From Corynebacterium glutamicum ATCC 13032 (GTDB taxonomy: Bacteria > Actinomycetota > Actinomycetes > Mycobacteriales > Mycobacteriaceae), in contig NC_003450.3 in assembly GCF_000011325.1 (NCBI RefSeq), forward strand, positions 1,050,001 through 1,082,000: a stretch of DNA of 32,000 nucleotides, in the 5' to 3' direction. How positions within the stretch are numbered: the stretch's first letter is position 1; every line of letters starts with the position of its first letter. Both the position numbers and the translations under genes were made by a program. Under the pieces are notes generated by a model that did not search any database, was not told where the DNA came from, and worked only from the letters and a program-made list of their open reading frames with translations. Of the stretch, positions 1 through 8,620 are shown piece by piece.

Positions 1-395
1 GGGTGGGAATTCCAGCGCTGAAGCAGAACTTGGAGGAGTCGGGCGGTGGTTGATTTACCGACGGCGACGGATCCCGCGACACCAATGACAAACGGCACAG
101 AGATAGAGGGGGAAGTTCCGAGGAAGGTTTCGGTGGCTGCAGTAAGTTGCTGTCGGGCCGCTACCTGGAGGTGAATCAGACGGGACAGCGGAAGGTAGAC
201 TTCTGCCACTTCAGCGAGGTCAATGTTTTCTCCGATGCCTCGAAGTTCAATGACTTCTTTTTGGGTCAGCACCTGAGGCATTGAGTTTCTCAGCTCGCGC
301 CATTGTGCGCGGTCGAAATCAAGGTAGGGGCTGAAATCTGGTGTGCGTGGGGAAGGTTTCACACCAGTTGTGCTTGCAGCGTTTTGCTCTGCCAT
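1..395 (-). CDS. coaA: Type I pantothenate kinase, N-terminal 131 codons (gene continues beyond the left edge)
   Basis: Manual minus-strand translation from ATG (complement of 393-395): [77 protein letters not shown]...[33 protein letters not shown]. It has the P-loop GSVAVGKST and the YLPLSRL block typical of CoaA. It is absent from the ORF track because it is open at the window edge. Confidence 0.85.
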   Translation of the reverse strand, partial: MAEQNAASTTGVKPSPRTPDFSPYLDFDRAQWRELRNSMPQVLTQKEVIELRGIGENIDLAEVAEVYLPLSRLIHLQVAARQQLTAATETFLGTSPSISVPFVIGVAGSVAVGKSTTARLLQVLLQRWNSH

Positions 396-623
396 GAATC
401 CATTGTGCACCTTAGCTACTCCACTAGTGTGATCGGGGTTATTTTTTCACTTCAATGGGTGGCTAAAAGACGTGGGCACGTGAGTAAACTCATGCGCGCG
501 AAACGATGGGAGTGAACCCATACTTTTATATATGGGTATCGGCGGTCTATGCTTGTGGGCGTACCTGTCCCGCGAGTGAGGTCTTACGCGCGGGATTCGT
601 CTTGTGAAAGGTTAGCTGACCTG

Positions 624-1928
624 ATGACCGATGCCCACCAAGCGGACGATGTCCGTTACCAGCCACTGAACGAGCTTGATCCTGAGGTGGCTGCTGCCAT
701 CGCTGGGGAACTTGCCCGTCAACGCGATACATTAGAGATGATCGCGTCTGAGAACTTCGTTCCCCGTTCTGTTTTGCAGGCGCAGGGTTCTGTTCTTACC
801 AATAAGTATGCCGAGGGTTACCCTGGCCGCCGTTACTACGGTGGTTGCGAACAAGTTGACATCATTGAGGATCTTGCACGTGATCGTGCGAAGGCTCTCT
901 TCGGTGCAGAGTTCGCCAATGTTCAGCCTCACTCTGGCGCACAGGCTAATGCTGCTGTGCTGATGACTTTGGCTGAGCCAGGCGACAAGATCATGGGTCT
1001 GTCTTTGGCTCATGGTGGTCACTTGACCCACGGAATGAAGTTGAACTTCTCCGGAAAGCTGTACGAGGTTGTTGCGTACGGTGTTGATCCTGAGACCATG
1101 CGTGTTGATATGGATCAGGTTCGTGAGATTGCTCTGAAGGAGCAGCCAAAGGTAATTATCGCTGGCTGGTCTGCATACCCTCGCCACCTTGATTTCGAGG
1201 CTTTCCAGTCTATTGCTGCGGAAGTTGGCGCGAAGCTGTGGGTCGATATGGCTCACTTCGCTGGTCTTGTTGCTGCTGGTTTGCACCCAAGCCCAGTTCC
1301 TTACTCTGATGTTGTTTCTTCCACTGTCCACAAGACTTTGGGTGGACCTCGTTCCGGCATCATTCTGGCTAAGCAGGAGTACGCGAAGAAGCTGAACTCT
1401 TCCGTATTCCCAGGTCAGCAGGGTGGTCCTTTGATGCACGCAGTTGCTGCGAAGGCTACTTCTTTGAAGATTGCTGGCACTGAGCAGTTCCGTGACCGTC
1501 AGGCTCGCACGTTGGAGGGTGCTCGCATTCTTGCTGAGCGTCTGACTGCTTCTGATGCGAAGGCCGCTGGCGTGGATGTCTTGACCGGTGGCACTGATGT
1601 GCACTTGGTTTTGGCTGATCTGCGTAACTCCCAGATGGATGGCCAGCAGGCGGAAGATCTGCTGCACGAGGTTGGTATCACTGTGAACCGTAACGCGGTT
1701 CCTTTCGATCCTCGTCCACCAATGGTTACTTCTGGTCTGCGTATTGGTACTCCTGCGCTGGCTACCCGTGGTTTCGATATTCCTGCATTCACTGAGGTTG
1801 CAGACATCATTGGTACTGCTTTGGCTAATGGTAAGTCCGCAGACATTGAGTCTCTGCGTGGCCGTGTAGCAAAGCTTGCTGCAGATTACCCACTGTATGA
1901 GGGCTTGGAAGACTGGACCATCGTCTAA
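624..1928 (+). CDS. glyA: Serine hydroxymethyltransferase
   Basis: ORF 549-1928 carries SHMT blocks ([35 protein letters not shown] and the PLP-lysine block [16 protein letters not shown]). I moved the start to ATG 624 (MTDAHQADD..., GAAAGG 12 nt upstream), giving 434 aa. The 25 upstream codons look like leader sequence. Confidence 0.95.
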   Translation: MTDAHQADDVRYQPLNELDPEVAAAIAGELARQRDTLEMIASENFVPRSVLQAQGSVLTNKYAEGYPGRRYYGGCEQVDIIEDLARDRAKALFGAEFANVQPHSGAQANAAVLMTLAEPGDKIMGLSLAHGGHLTHGMKLNFSGKLYEVVAYGVDPETMRVDMDQVREIALKEQPKVIIAGWSAYPRHLDFEAFQSIAAEVGAKLWVDMAHFAGLVAAGLHPSPVPYSDVVSSTVHKTLGGPRSGIILAKQEYAKKLNSSVFPGQQGGPLMHAVAAKATSLKIAGTEQFRDRQARTLEGARILAERLTASDAKAAGVDVLTGGTDVHLVLADLRNSQMDGQQAEDLLHEVGITVNRNAVPFDPRPPMVTSGLRIGTPALATRGFDIPAFTEVADIIGTALANGKSADIESLRGRVAKLAADYPLYEGLEDWTIV

Positions 1929-1956
1929 GTTTTTCTTTGAGTTTTCATATGTAGAA

Positions 1957-1995
1957 GGCATCGTCGGCTTCGGCCTGGCGGTGCTTTTCTCGTTG
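1957..1995 (+). terminator. Putative rho-independent terminator after glyA
   Basis: GC-rich stem GGCATCGTCGGC / GCC(T)GGCGGTGC around a TTCG loop (one bulge, some G-U pairs), followed by TTTTCTCGTTGTTTT. It starts 29 nt after the glyA stop. Confidence 0.55.
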
Positions 1996-2020
1996 TTTTG
2001 TGGTTTTGTCAGAGGATGTC

Positions 2021-3883
2021 ATGCGCGTTTTAATTATTGATAATTATGATTCTTTCACGTTTAATCTCGCCACCTATGTGGAAGAGGTTACGGGTCAGGC
2101 ACCTGTGGTGGTGCCTAATGATCAAGAAATAGATGAGATGCTTTTCGACGCCGTCATCCTCTCACCTGGCCCGGGCCACGCCGGCGTTGCGGCTGATTTT
2201 GGTATCTGTGCAGGCGTCATTGAGCGTGCACGCGTTCCGATTTTGGGTGTGTGTTTAGGCCACCAGGGCATTGCGTTGGCCTATGGCGGTGATGTTGATT
2301 TGGCGCCCAGGCCGGTCCACGGTGAGGTTTCGCAGATCACCCATGATGGTTCAGGTTTATTTGCAGGCATCCCTGAAACGTTTGAGGCGGTGCGTTATCA
2401 CTCGATGGTGGCAACCCGCTTGCCGGAGTCATTGAAAGCTACAGCTACCAGCGATGATGGTTTGATCATGGCATTGGCACATGAAGTGCTTCCGCAGTGG
2501 GGTGTGCAATTTCATCCGGAATCTATTGGTGGACAATTCGGCCATCAGATCATTAAGAACTTCCTTAATTTAGCGCGCACATATCGCTGGCAACTCACGG
2601 AGAAAACTATTCCGCTCAGCGTTGATTCAGCAGCGGTTTTTGAAACATTCTTTGCCCATTCCTCCCATGCTTTTTGGCTCGATGATGCCCAAGGAACCAG
2701 CTATCTTGGTGATGCCAGCGGTCCTCTCGCACGCACAAAAACCCATAATGTCGGCGAGGGGGATTTCTTCACCTGGCTAAAGGAGGATCTCGCCGCCAAC
2801 TCAGTTGCGCCCGGTCAAGGTTTTCGTCTTGGCTGGGTTGGTTACGTTGGTTATGAGCTTAAAGCGGAAGCTGGCGCACGGGCTGCGCACACTTCGAGTC
2901 TTCCGGATGCGCACCTCATTTTTGCCGATCGCGCCATCGCAGTGGAATCGGATCAGGTTCGGTTGCTGGCGTTGGGGGAGCAGGACGAGTGGTTTGAAGA
3001 AACCATCAAGAAGCTGCATAATCTTGTCGCCCCGCGGATACCTGCGTCCGGACACCTCGCTTTGCAGGTTCGAGATTCCAAAGATGAGTATCTCGACAAA
3101 ATTCGCAGAGCCCAGGAGCTGATTACTCGCGGCGAATCGTATGAAATCTGCCTGACCACAAAACTTCAGGGCACCACTGATGTGGCCCCTCTGGCTGCCT
3201 ATCTAGCACTGCGTGGGGCCAATCCCACCGCATATGGTGCGTATCTTCAGCTGGGGGATACCTCTATTTTGAGTTCCTCGCCGGAGCGGTTCATCACCAT
3301 TGATTCGGCAGGGTATGTGGAATCAAAGCCCATTAAAGGCACCAGGCCGCGTGGGCGAACAGCGCAAGAAGACCAAGAAATCATTGCTGAGCTGCGCAGT
3401 AATCCTAAAGATCGTGCAGAAAACTTGATGATCGTGGATTTGGTCCGCAACGACTTAGCCCGCGGCGCTTTGCCCACCACAGTTAAAACATCCAAGCTTT
3501 TCGACGTCGAAACCTACGCCACAGTCCACCAACTTGTCAGCACCGTCTCTGCAGAGTTGGGGCCACGCAGTCCGATTGAGTGCGTGCGCGCAGCATTCCC
3601 CGGTGGTTCGATGACTGGTGCCCCAAAGCTGCGCACCATGGAGATCATCGATGAGCTGGAGGCAGCTCCTCGCGGTATTTACTCAGGTGGCTTGGGATAT
3701 TTTTCCCTCGACGGCGCAGTTGATCTCTCCATGGTGATCAGAACTCTCGTCATCCAGAACAATCACGTGGAGTACGGAGTGGGCGGTGCACTTCTTGCTC
3801 TGTCTGATCCGGAGGCTGAGTGGGAGGAAATCCGCGTTAAATCACGGCCTCTGCTGAATTTGTTTGGGGTTGAATTCCCATGA
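2021..3883 (+). CDS. pabAB: Bifunctional aminodeoxychorismate synthase (glutamine amidotransferase PabA fused to PabB)
   Basis: The N-terminal half is a class I GATase (MRVLIIDNYDSFTFNL, GVCLGHQ, HPES). The C-terminal half is a chorismate-binding enzyme (SPERF, KGTRPRG, ENLMIVDLVRND, PGGSMTGAPK, RGIYSGGLGY). Start set at ATG 2021 (AGAGGA 4 nt upstream), giving 620 aa. The track ORF begins at GTG 2000. Confidence 0.92.
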   Translation: MRVLIIDNYDSFTFNLATYVEEVTGQAPVVVPNDQEIDEMLFDAVILSPGPGHAGVAADFGICAGVIERARVPILGVCLGHQGIALAYGGDVDLAPRPVHGEVSQITHDGSGLFAGIPETFEAVRYHSMVATRLPESLKATATSDDGLIMALAHEVLPQWGVQFHPESIGGQFGHQIIKNFLNLARTYRWQLTEKTIPLSVDSAAVFETFFAHSSHAFWLDDAQGTSYLGDASGPLARTKTHNVGEGDFFTWLKEDLAANSVAPGQGFRLGWVGYVGYELKAEAGARAAHTSSLPDAHLIFADRAIAVESDQVRLLALGEQDEWFEETIKKLHNLVAPRIPASGHLALQVRDSKDEYLDKIRRAQELITRGESYEICLTTKLQGTTDVAPLAAYLALRGANPTAYGAYLQLGDTSILSSSPERFITIDSAGYVESKPIKGTRPRGRTAQEDQEIIAELRSNPKDRAENLMIVDLVRNDLARGALPTTVKTSKLFDVETYATVHQLVSTVSAELGPRSPIECVRAAFPGGSMTGAPKLRTMEIIDELEAAPRGIYSGGLGYFSLDGAVDLSMVIRTLVIQNNHVEYGVGGALLALSDPEAEWEEIRVKSRPLLNLFGVEFP

Positions 3884-4605
3884 CGTACCTCGTGTGGGAC
3901 GGTGCAACACTCGTAGAAGGCGCGCTGGAATCAACACCCACAGTTGTTGATTCCTACCTAGCCAAAGACCACCGCGTGGTGCGCTGGGATCTTCATGAAC
4001 AGCGCTTCGCCACTAGCGTGGACGTGGACCCGTGGGATTTTCTCCACGCAGTAAGGGAAGCAATTCCACGCCAGGGCTCATGGTTTCCCAAAGTTGAATG
4101 GCATGGCGATGATCTTTTCGCAGTCAATATTCGCCCGGCACCAACACTGCGAAAGGCCACATCATTGTGGCTTTCCGAAGACCCAGATCCACGCACACAG
4201 CCAACCATTAAAGGCCCAGACCTAGATGTGCTTGCTCACCTTCGCAGTCGCGCCAACGATAACGGCTGCGATGATGCGCTGTTGATCAGCGCGGATGGGT
4301 TCATTCTGGAAGCTGCCAACGCCACCGTGGTGTTTTGGGCGGATCCACAGACGGTCATCGTGCCCAGGGGAGATGTGCTCCCATCGGTGACACTCGCCGC
4401 AACCATTCCGCTGTGGGAAAAAGCCGGAATCACATTGCGCTATCAAAACATTCGGCACATTGGTTTTCCCGCGTGGTGCGGTAGTTCGCTGCATGGTTGG
4501 ACACCTGTGGTCAGTTGGGGCAGGGGATTGGGCAAAATTGCAGCAGCGAAAGCTCCATCGGTGAAGCCCTGGAATGAAAAATTGCGCCCAACCATTTTTC
4601 TGTGA
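3880..4605 (+). CDS. pabC: Aminodeoxychorismate lyase (class IV aminotransferase fold)
   Basis: The ATGA start/stop overlap with pabAB (3880-3883) suggests translational coupling. Fold-type IV pattern: IKGPDLDVLAHLRSRANDNGCDDALLISADGFILEAANATVVF...LPSVT. Confidence 0.8.
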   Translation: MTYLVWDGATLVEGALESTPTVVDSYLAKDHRVVRWDLHEQRFATSVDVDPWDFLHAVREAIPRQGSWFPKVEWHGDDLFAVNIRPAPTLRKATSLWLSEDPDPRTQPTIKGPDLDVLAHLRSRANDNGCDDALLISADGFILEAANATVVFWADPQTVIVPRGDVLPSVTLAATIPLWEKAGITLRYQNIRHIGFPAWCGSSLHGWTPVVSWGRGLGKIAAAKAPSVKPWNEKLRPTIFL

Positions 4606-4636
4606 GGAAAAGGTTGAGCGCAGTCTTTGTGAAGAT

Positions 4637-4987
4637 TTAGTCTTCGGTAGTTTCTTCAGTTTCTTTCTTTGCGGTTTCGCGACCTTCAGCAAGCTGTGTG
4701 CGTGCGGTGCGCAACCATTCTGGCTGGTTTTCCAGAAGTGCCTTGATCTCGGCGGTGGTCAGTGGTTTGTCCATGTCGTTCTTTTTCAGAGCCGCGATGG
4801 TGATGCCCAATTTTTGGGCGACCACTGGACGAGGGTGTGGGCCCTCGCGGCGTAGGGTTTGGAGCCACTCCGGTGGGTTTTCCTGCAGGTTCTTGAACTC
4901 TTGGTGAGTCAATGCACCTGTTTGGAACTCCTCTGGCGTGGCGGGCAAAAACAGTCCGAGCTTCTTAGCGGCGGTCTGTGGCTTCAT
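4637..4987 (-). CDS. Hypothetical protein with an internal tandem duplication (DUF5997-like, from memory)
   Basis: ORF 4637-5032. Preferred start is ATG at 4987 (MKPQTAAKKLG...); GTG at 5032 is the alternative. It contains two collinear ~45-aa repeats sharing KLG...LT..E.K.L.EN.PEWL.T.R and an acidic C-terminal tail. Confidence 0.6.
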   Translation of the reverse strand: MKPQTAAKKLGLFLPATPEEFQTGALTHQEFKNLQENPPEWLQTLRREGPHPRPVVAQKLGITIAALKKNDMDKPLTTAEIKALLENQPEWLRTARTQLAEGRETAKKETEETTED

Positions 4988-5050
4988 AGCCCTGCCCGAT
5001 GGCTGGCGTACAGATTCTTCGTTCACGCCCACAACGGTAGCATTGTTTTC

Positions 5051-5725
5051 ATGCTGACCTTAAGTTTCATCACTGGCACGGAGCCAGGAAAGTGGTTTAC
5101 CCGATTCCGAGATCGGACTCATCACGGTGGACTTGAGACCCTTGATTCGGACGACGCCCTAGGCCTCATGCTCGCTGGCCAGGCACAACTCGCCTTAACC
5201 AGGCTTCCAGATGCGCGTATCGACGCCTCCCTCCACGTGGTCACTCTTTATCAGGAACAACCCGGAGTCGCTTTTCCAAAAGACTTTTTCCTCAGTGCCG
5301 AAGAAGGCGCGGTGGACCTTGCGGACTTAGATGGGGAGATCATCAACTGGTCCATGCCCGATAGTGGGGAAGTCGATGCCGCTGCTGTTCGCGATGCTCT
5401 GCAAATCGTGGCAGCGAACGTCGGTGTGGTGATCGCCCCCAGGCCACTTCTCAAGGTGTTGAGCAAGAAATTGGTGGAGCACCGGGACATCAAGGGTGGA
5501 ACTGAAACATCTATCGCCCTGGTATGGAAGAAAGATGAGGATTCTGAAGAGATTCAAGACTTCGTCGGTATTGCTCGCGGTCGAACGCGGAATTCCAGCA
5601 GGCAGCAAACGGTAAAGCTCAGTGCTCGTGAAAAAACACTGGCAAAACAAGCCCGCAGGCAGGGGGAGAAACCAAAAACTCCGAAGCGTCCGCAGGCAAG
5701 AAAACGTCCCGGAAAACGGCGATAG
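5051..5725 (+). CDS. LysR-substrate-binding-domain-like protein without an HTH, with a polybasic C-terminal tail
   Basis: From ATG 5051: MLTLSFITGTEPGKWFTRFRDR...LALTRLPDARIDASLHVVTLYQEQPGVAFPKD, resembling the LysR effector (PBP2-like) domain. The last ~50 aa are K/R-rich (RGRTRNSSRQQ...KPKTPKRPQARKRPGKRR). The upstream part of track ORF 4859-5725 is antisense to the neighbouring gene and shows no HTH. Confidence 0.6.
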   Translation: MLTLSFITGTEPGKWFTRFRDRTHHGGLETLDSDDALGLMLAGQAQLALTRLPDARIDASLHVVTLYQEQPGVAFPKDFFLSAEEGAVDLADLDGEIINWSMPDSGEVDAAAVRDALQIVAANVGVVIAPRPLLKVLSKKLVEHRDIKGGTETSIALVWKKDEDSEEIQDFVGIARGRTRNSSRQQTVKLSAREKTLAKQARRQGEKPKTPKRPQARKRPGKRR

Positions 5726-5782
5726 GGGTCACCCGCGCATGTCCGGTTGCCGATCTATTTAAATACCAGGACAATTGCGTGC

Positions 5783-6322
5783 ATGGTTGAAAGAGACTTC
5801 ACTATCCGACCAATCCGCGAGGGTGATTTCCCTCAGGTGAGGGACATCTACGAATTGGGCCTGGAGACGGGACATGCGACTTATGAGACTTCTGGTCCCA
5901 CGTGGGACCAGTTCTCCCAATCTAAAATCATGGATACCGTCATGGTGGCGGTAGAAAACAACGACCCGGACTTCATCCTCGGATGGGTGTCTGCTGCTCC
6001 AATTTCAAGCCGACAGGTTTTCCATGGAGTGGTGGAAGATTCCATCTATATCCACCCCCAGGGCCAAGGCCGAGGAATCGGCGGCGCTTTGCTCGACGCC
6101 CTTATCACCTACTGCGAAAGCAACGGCATCTGGTCGATCCACTCCTGGATCTTCCCGGAAAACCTCGGTTCTGCGAAACTGCATGAATCGAAGGGCTTCG
6201 TGAAGGTGGGCACCATGCACCAAATGGCAAGGATGCCCTACGGCGAGATGGAAGGACAATGGCGCGATTGTGATCTGTGGGAGTGCCTCTTATCCGTTCC
6301 AGAGCAAGCTCAAAGTTCCTAA
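5783..6322 (+). CDS. GNAT N-acetyltransferase, phosphinothricin / methionine-sulfoximine acetyltransferase-like
   Basis: MVERDFTIRPIREGDFPQVRDIYELGLETGHATYE...VEDSIYIHPQGQGRGIGGALLDALI...GFVKVGTMHQMAR is the PAT-type GNAT pattern, with the acetyl-CoA motif Q/RxxGxG. Start set at ATG 5783; the track ORF starts at TTG 5747. Confidence 0.75.
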   Translation: MVERDFTIRPIREGDFPQVRDIYELGLETGHATYETSGPTWDQFSQSKIMDTVMVAVENNDPDFILGWVSAAPISSRQVFHGVVEDSIYIHPQGQGRGIGGALLDALITYCESNGIWSIHSWIFPENLGSAKLHESKGFVKVGTMHQMARMPYGEMEGQWRDCDLWECLLSVPEQAQSS

Positions 6323-7200
6323 AGCAATTTAAATCTGACTTTATCGCCCGGCAACAGCTGGGCCGAACGATCACACGACCTTGATGTAAGTACTGCTATT
6401 ACTGGATAGCCACCGGTCACAGGATGATCGGGACCAAACACCACGGGGTTTCCACCAGGCGGAATCTGGATGGACCCCCGGACCATTCCTTCACTTTTCA
6501 GCTCGCCTTCCACACGATGTTGGATCGGCTCGCTTGAGTGCATGCGCAAACCAATCCGGTTGGAGTCATTGCTCACCGTAAACACCTGAGTAAAAAAGTT
6601 GTTGAGGGATTCTTGCGTGAACCATTTGTCACGTGGACCTCGGATGACGGTAAGCGTTTCTGTTGGCATGCGTTTCCATAAGGTGGGCAGTTGCCGAAGT
6701 TTTGGCCACCACTGAGAATCTGCAATGTCTGTTGCTACGTCAATGACATCCCCGGGCTCGATCGGGCGAGGGCCCATGTGGGAGATCAGATCGGTTGAAG
6801 CAGATCCCAAAGTTTTTTCTACTGCAAATCCACCGCGAGCAGCAAAGTAGGCACGCATGCCATAGGTTGCGGGCTCGACGCGGATACGTTCACCAGCTGC
6901 AACATCGATGATGGTGTTGGTGGTGGCATTTTTGGATTGTCCACCAGCCGTTCGAACCATCACTTCAGCTTCAGTTCCCGTGAACACGATCGAGGTGGTG
7001 TGCAACGCCTCCACCTCAAAGCCACCGAGCAGAATCTCTACCACGGTTGCATTGGGATCATTACCTAAAGCGTGATTCGCGCGAGCAGCGGATAAACGAT
7101 CAAAGGATCCTGAGGTTCCAACACCAGCGCTGGCAAAACCGAAGCGACCTCGGTCTTGGAAGATGGCTTGGGGGCCAGTGGAAATTACTTTGAAGCTCAT
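6319..7200 (-). CDS. pxpC: 5-oxoprolinase subunit C (allophanate hydrolase subunit 2 / KipA family)
   Basis: 293 aa with the KipA/CT_A_B pattern (GPQAIFQDRGRFG...GVGTSGSFD, VSNDSNRIGLRM, GSIQIPPGGNPVVFGPDHPVTGGYPVIAVL). Its start overlaps the pxpB stop (7197-7200). Confidence 0.85.
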   Translation of the reverse strand: MSFKVISTGPQAIFQDRGRFGFASAGVGTSGSFDRLSAARANHALGNDPNATVVEILLGGFEVEALHTTSIVFTGTEAEVMVRTAGGQSKNATTNTIIDVAAGERIRVEPATYGMRAYFAARGGFAVEKTLGSASTDLISHMGPRPIEPGDVIDVATDIADSQWWPKLRQLPTLWKRMPTETLTVIRGPRDKWFTQESLNNFFTQVFTVSNDSNRIGLRMHSSEPIQHRVEGELKSEGMVRGSIQIPPGGNPVVFGPDHPVTGGYPVIAVLTSRSCDRSAQLLPGDKVRFKLL

Positions 7201-7868
7201 TTCTTCACCTGCACAAATCGAACTGAATCACCGGGCTTGAGAAGCGATGGTTGCCACCGGTCCACATCCCACATGGGAATCTCAGTAGTGCCCAGCAGTT
7301 GCCAACCACCAGGGGACTGCTGCGGGTACACAGCGCTGAATTCACCGGCCACTGCGACAGAACCTGCAGGAATCTTGGTGCGTGGCGATTCCAAGCGGGG
7401 AATATCCCACAGGGGAGTCTGGGGGATCAGATAGTAAAAACCTGGTGCAAATCCACCGAAAGCAGCAGTCCACACGGTGCCAGAATGCGTGGCGATAACT
7501 TCCTCCACGCTCAGACCTGTGTGTTGAGCTACGGTTTCTAGATCAGGGCCGTCGTAGACCACGGGAATCTCAATGGTGTCGGTAAGCTCTGCTGCGCCCT
7601 TTGCGGCTGGGGTCAGCGCAATTGAATCAACGATCTCTGCGAAACGATTCGGGGTGATCTGCTTGGTGTCAAACGTCACTAACAGTGTTTGCGCAGCGGG
7701 AATAGTATCGATGATTCCAGGGACCTGCATGCCCACCAAAGAGCGGTTGAGTGCAAGAACAGCATCCAAGATGCTGCCTTGGACGGCTTCGGCATCTTCA
7801 GCAAGCAAATCGATGATGACTGCTTGCTCACCACATGGCCTAACGAGCATGGGAAACCTGAACCTCAT
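7197..7868 (-). CDS. pxpB: 5-oxoprolinase subunit B (allophanate hydrolase subunit 1 / KipI family)
   Basis: KipI pattern (IEIPVVYDGPDLETVAQHTGLSVEEVIATHSG..., GFAPGFYYL, PRTKIPAGSVAVAGEFSAVYPQQSPGGWQLLG). The start is ambiguous: TTG 7877, ATG 7868 or ATG 7850. All three overlap the pxpA 3' end. Confidence 0.8.
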   Translation of the reverse strand: MRFRFPMLVRPCGEQAVIIDLLAEDAEAVQGSILDAVLALNRSLVGMQVPGIIDTIPAAQTLLVTFDTKQITPNRFAEIVDSIALTPAAKGAAELTDTIEIPVVYDGPDLETVAQHTGLSVEEVIATHSGTVWTAAFGGFAPGFYYLIPQTPLWDIPRLESPRTKIPAGSVAVAGEFSAVYPQQSPGGWQLLGTTEIPMWDVDRWQPSLLKPGDSVRFVQVKK

Positions 7869-8598
7869 GAGCTGCAAGGGTGGTCACGATTTTCTCCACC
7901 AATGCGAGAGCTTGCGGATTATCCCCATGAACACAGATGGAGTTGGCGTCGACAAGCACGCTCTCCCCGGTGATCGCGGTGATGGGCTGGCCGGTGGCAA
8001 ACGCCAAGGCCTGCCTGGCTGCGGTTTCGGGGTCGTGCAGTACCGCGCCGGGAAGCTTGCGGGAAACCAGCTGGCCATCGGCGGTGTAGGCGCGGTCGGC
8101 GAAAGTTTCCTGCTCAACTTGAAGCCCCACGGCGCGGGCCTGCTCGACGATTTGGGAGCCAGCCAGGGCCATGAGGGAGAGCTCAGGATTGACCAGCTTG
8201 ATGCCCTCGATGACTGCTGCGGCCTGGGCTTCGTCAACCGCAATGGTGTTGTACAGCGCGCCGTGTGGTTTTACATATTCCACAACCGCACCGCTGGCTT
8301 TAGCCGCAGCTTGAATGGCGCCGATCTGGTAGATCGTTTCGGCGACGAGGTCATCGTGAGCGATGTCGAGGTTGCGGCGACCAAAACCTGCGATGTCGTT
8401 GTAACCAATGTGTGCGCCGATGCGGACGTGGCGTGCATGGGCTGCGCGCACAGTTTTGAACAACACAGTGGCGTCGCCGGCATGGAAACCGCAGGCAATA
8501 TTGGCGCTGGACACCAAGTCAAGAACAGCTACGTCGTTGCCCATGACCCAGCTGCCGTAGCTTTCGCCGAGGTCGCTGTTGAGATCGATGGTGGTCAT
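7840..8598 (-). CDS. pxpA: 5-oxoprolinase subunit A (LamB/YcsF family)
   Basis: MTTIDLNSDLGESYGSWVMGND...ANIACGFHAGD...KPHGALYN is the canonical LamB/YcsF N-terminal and core pattern. 252 aa. Confidence 0.9.
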   Translation of the reverse strand: MTTIDLNSDLGESYGSWVMGNDVAVLDLVSSANIACGFHAGDATVLFKTVRAAHARHVRIGAHIGYNDIAGFGRRNLDIAHDDLVAETIYQIGAIQAAAKASGAVVEYVKPHGALYNTIAVDEAQAAAVIEGIKLVNPELSLMALAGSQIVEQARAVGLQVEQETFADRAYTADGQLVSRKLPGAVLHDPETAARQALAFATGQPITAITGESVLVDANSICVHGDNPQALALVEKIVTTLAAHEVQVSHAR

Positions 8599-8620
8599 GA
8601 AAAAATCCTTTCAAAAAACG

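Noticed and set aside
549-623. 25-codon N-terminal extension of glyA ([25 protein letters not shown])
   Set aside because: It is unlike SHMT N termini. It contains the leader hairpin, and ATG 624 has the SD-like GAAAGG and gives the expected 434-aa length.
396-623. Riboswitch (for example ZTP/pfl or a folate-related element) in the glyA leader
   Set aside because: I could not find the conserved cores (for example CCGCCTGGGC of ZTP) by eye. Only generic hairpins are present. A cmscan run would be needed to be definitive.
732-1961. 409-aa ORF on the minus strand covering all of glyA
   Set aside because: It is a shadow ORF antisense to an unambiguous SHMT gene. The product is low-complexity (S/T/R/L/N-rich) with no recognisable motif and no SD.
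4859-5050. Upstream extension of the LysR-like ORF that might have supplied an HTH
   Set aside because: The translation (MEPLRWVFLQVLELLVSQCTC...) has no wHTH pattern, and the stretch is the antisense of the DUF5997-like gene.
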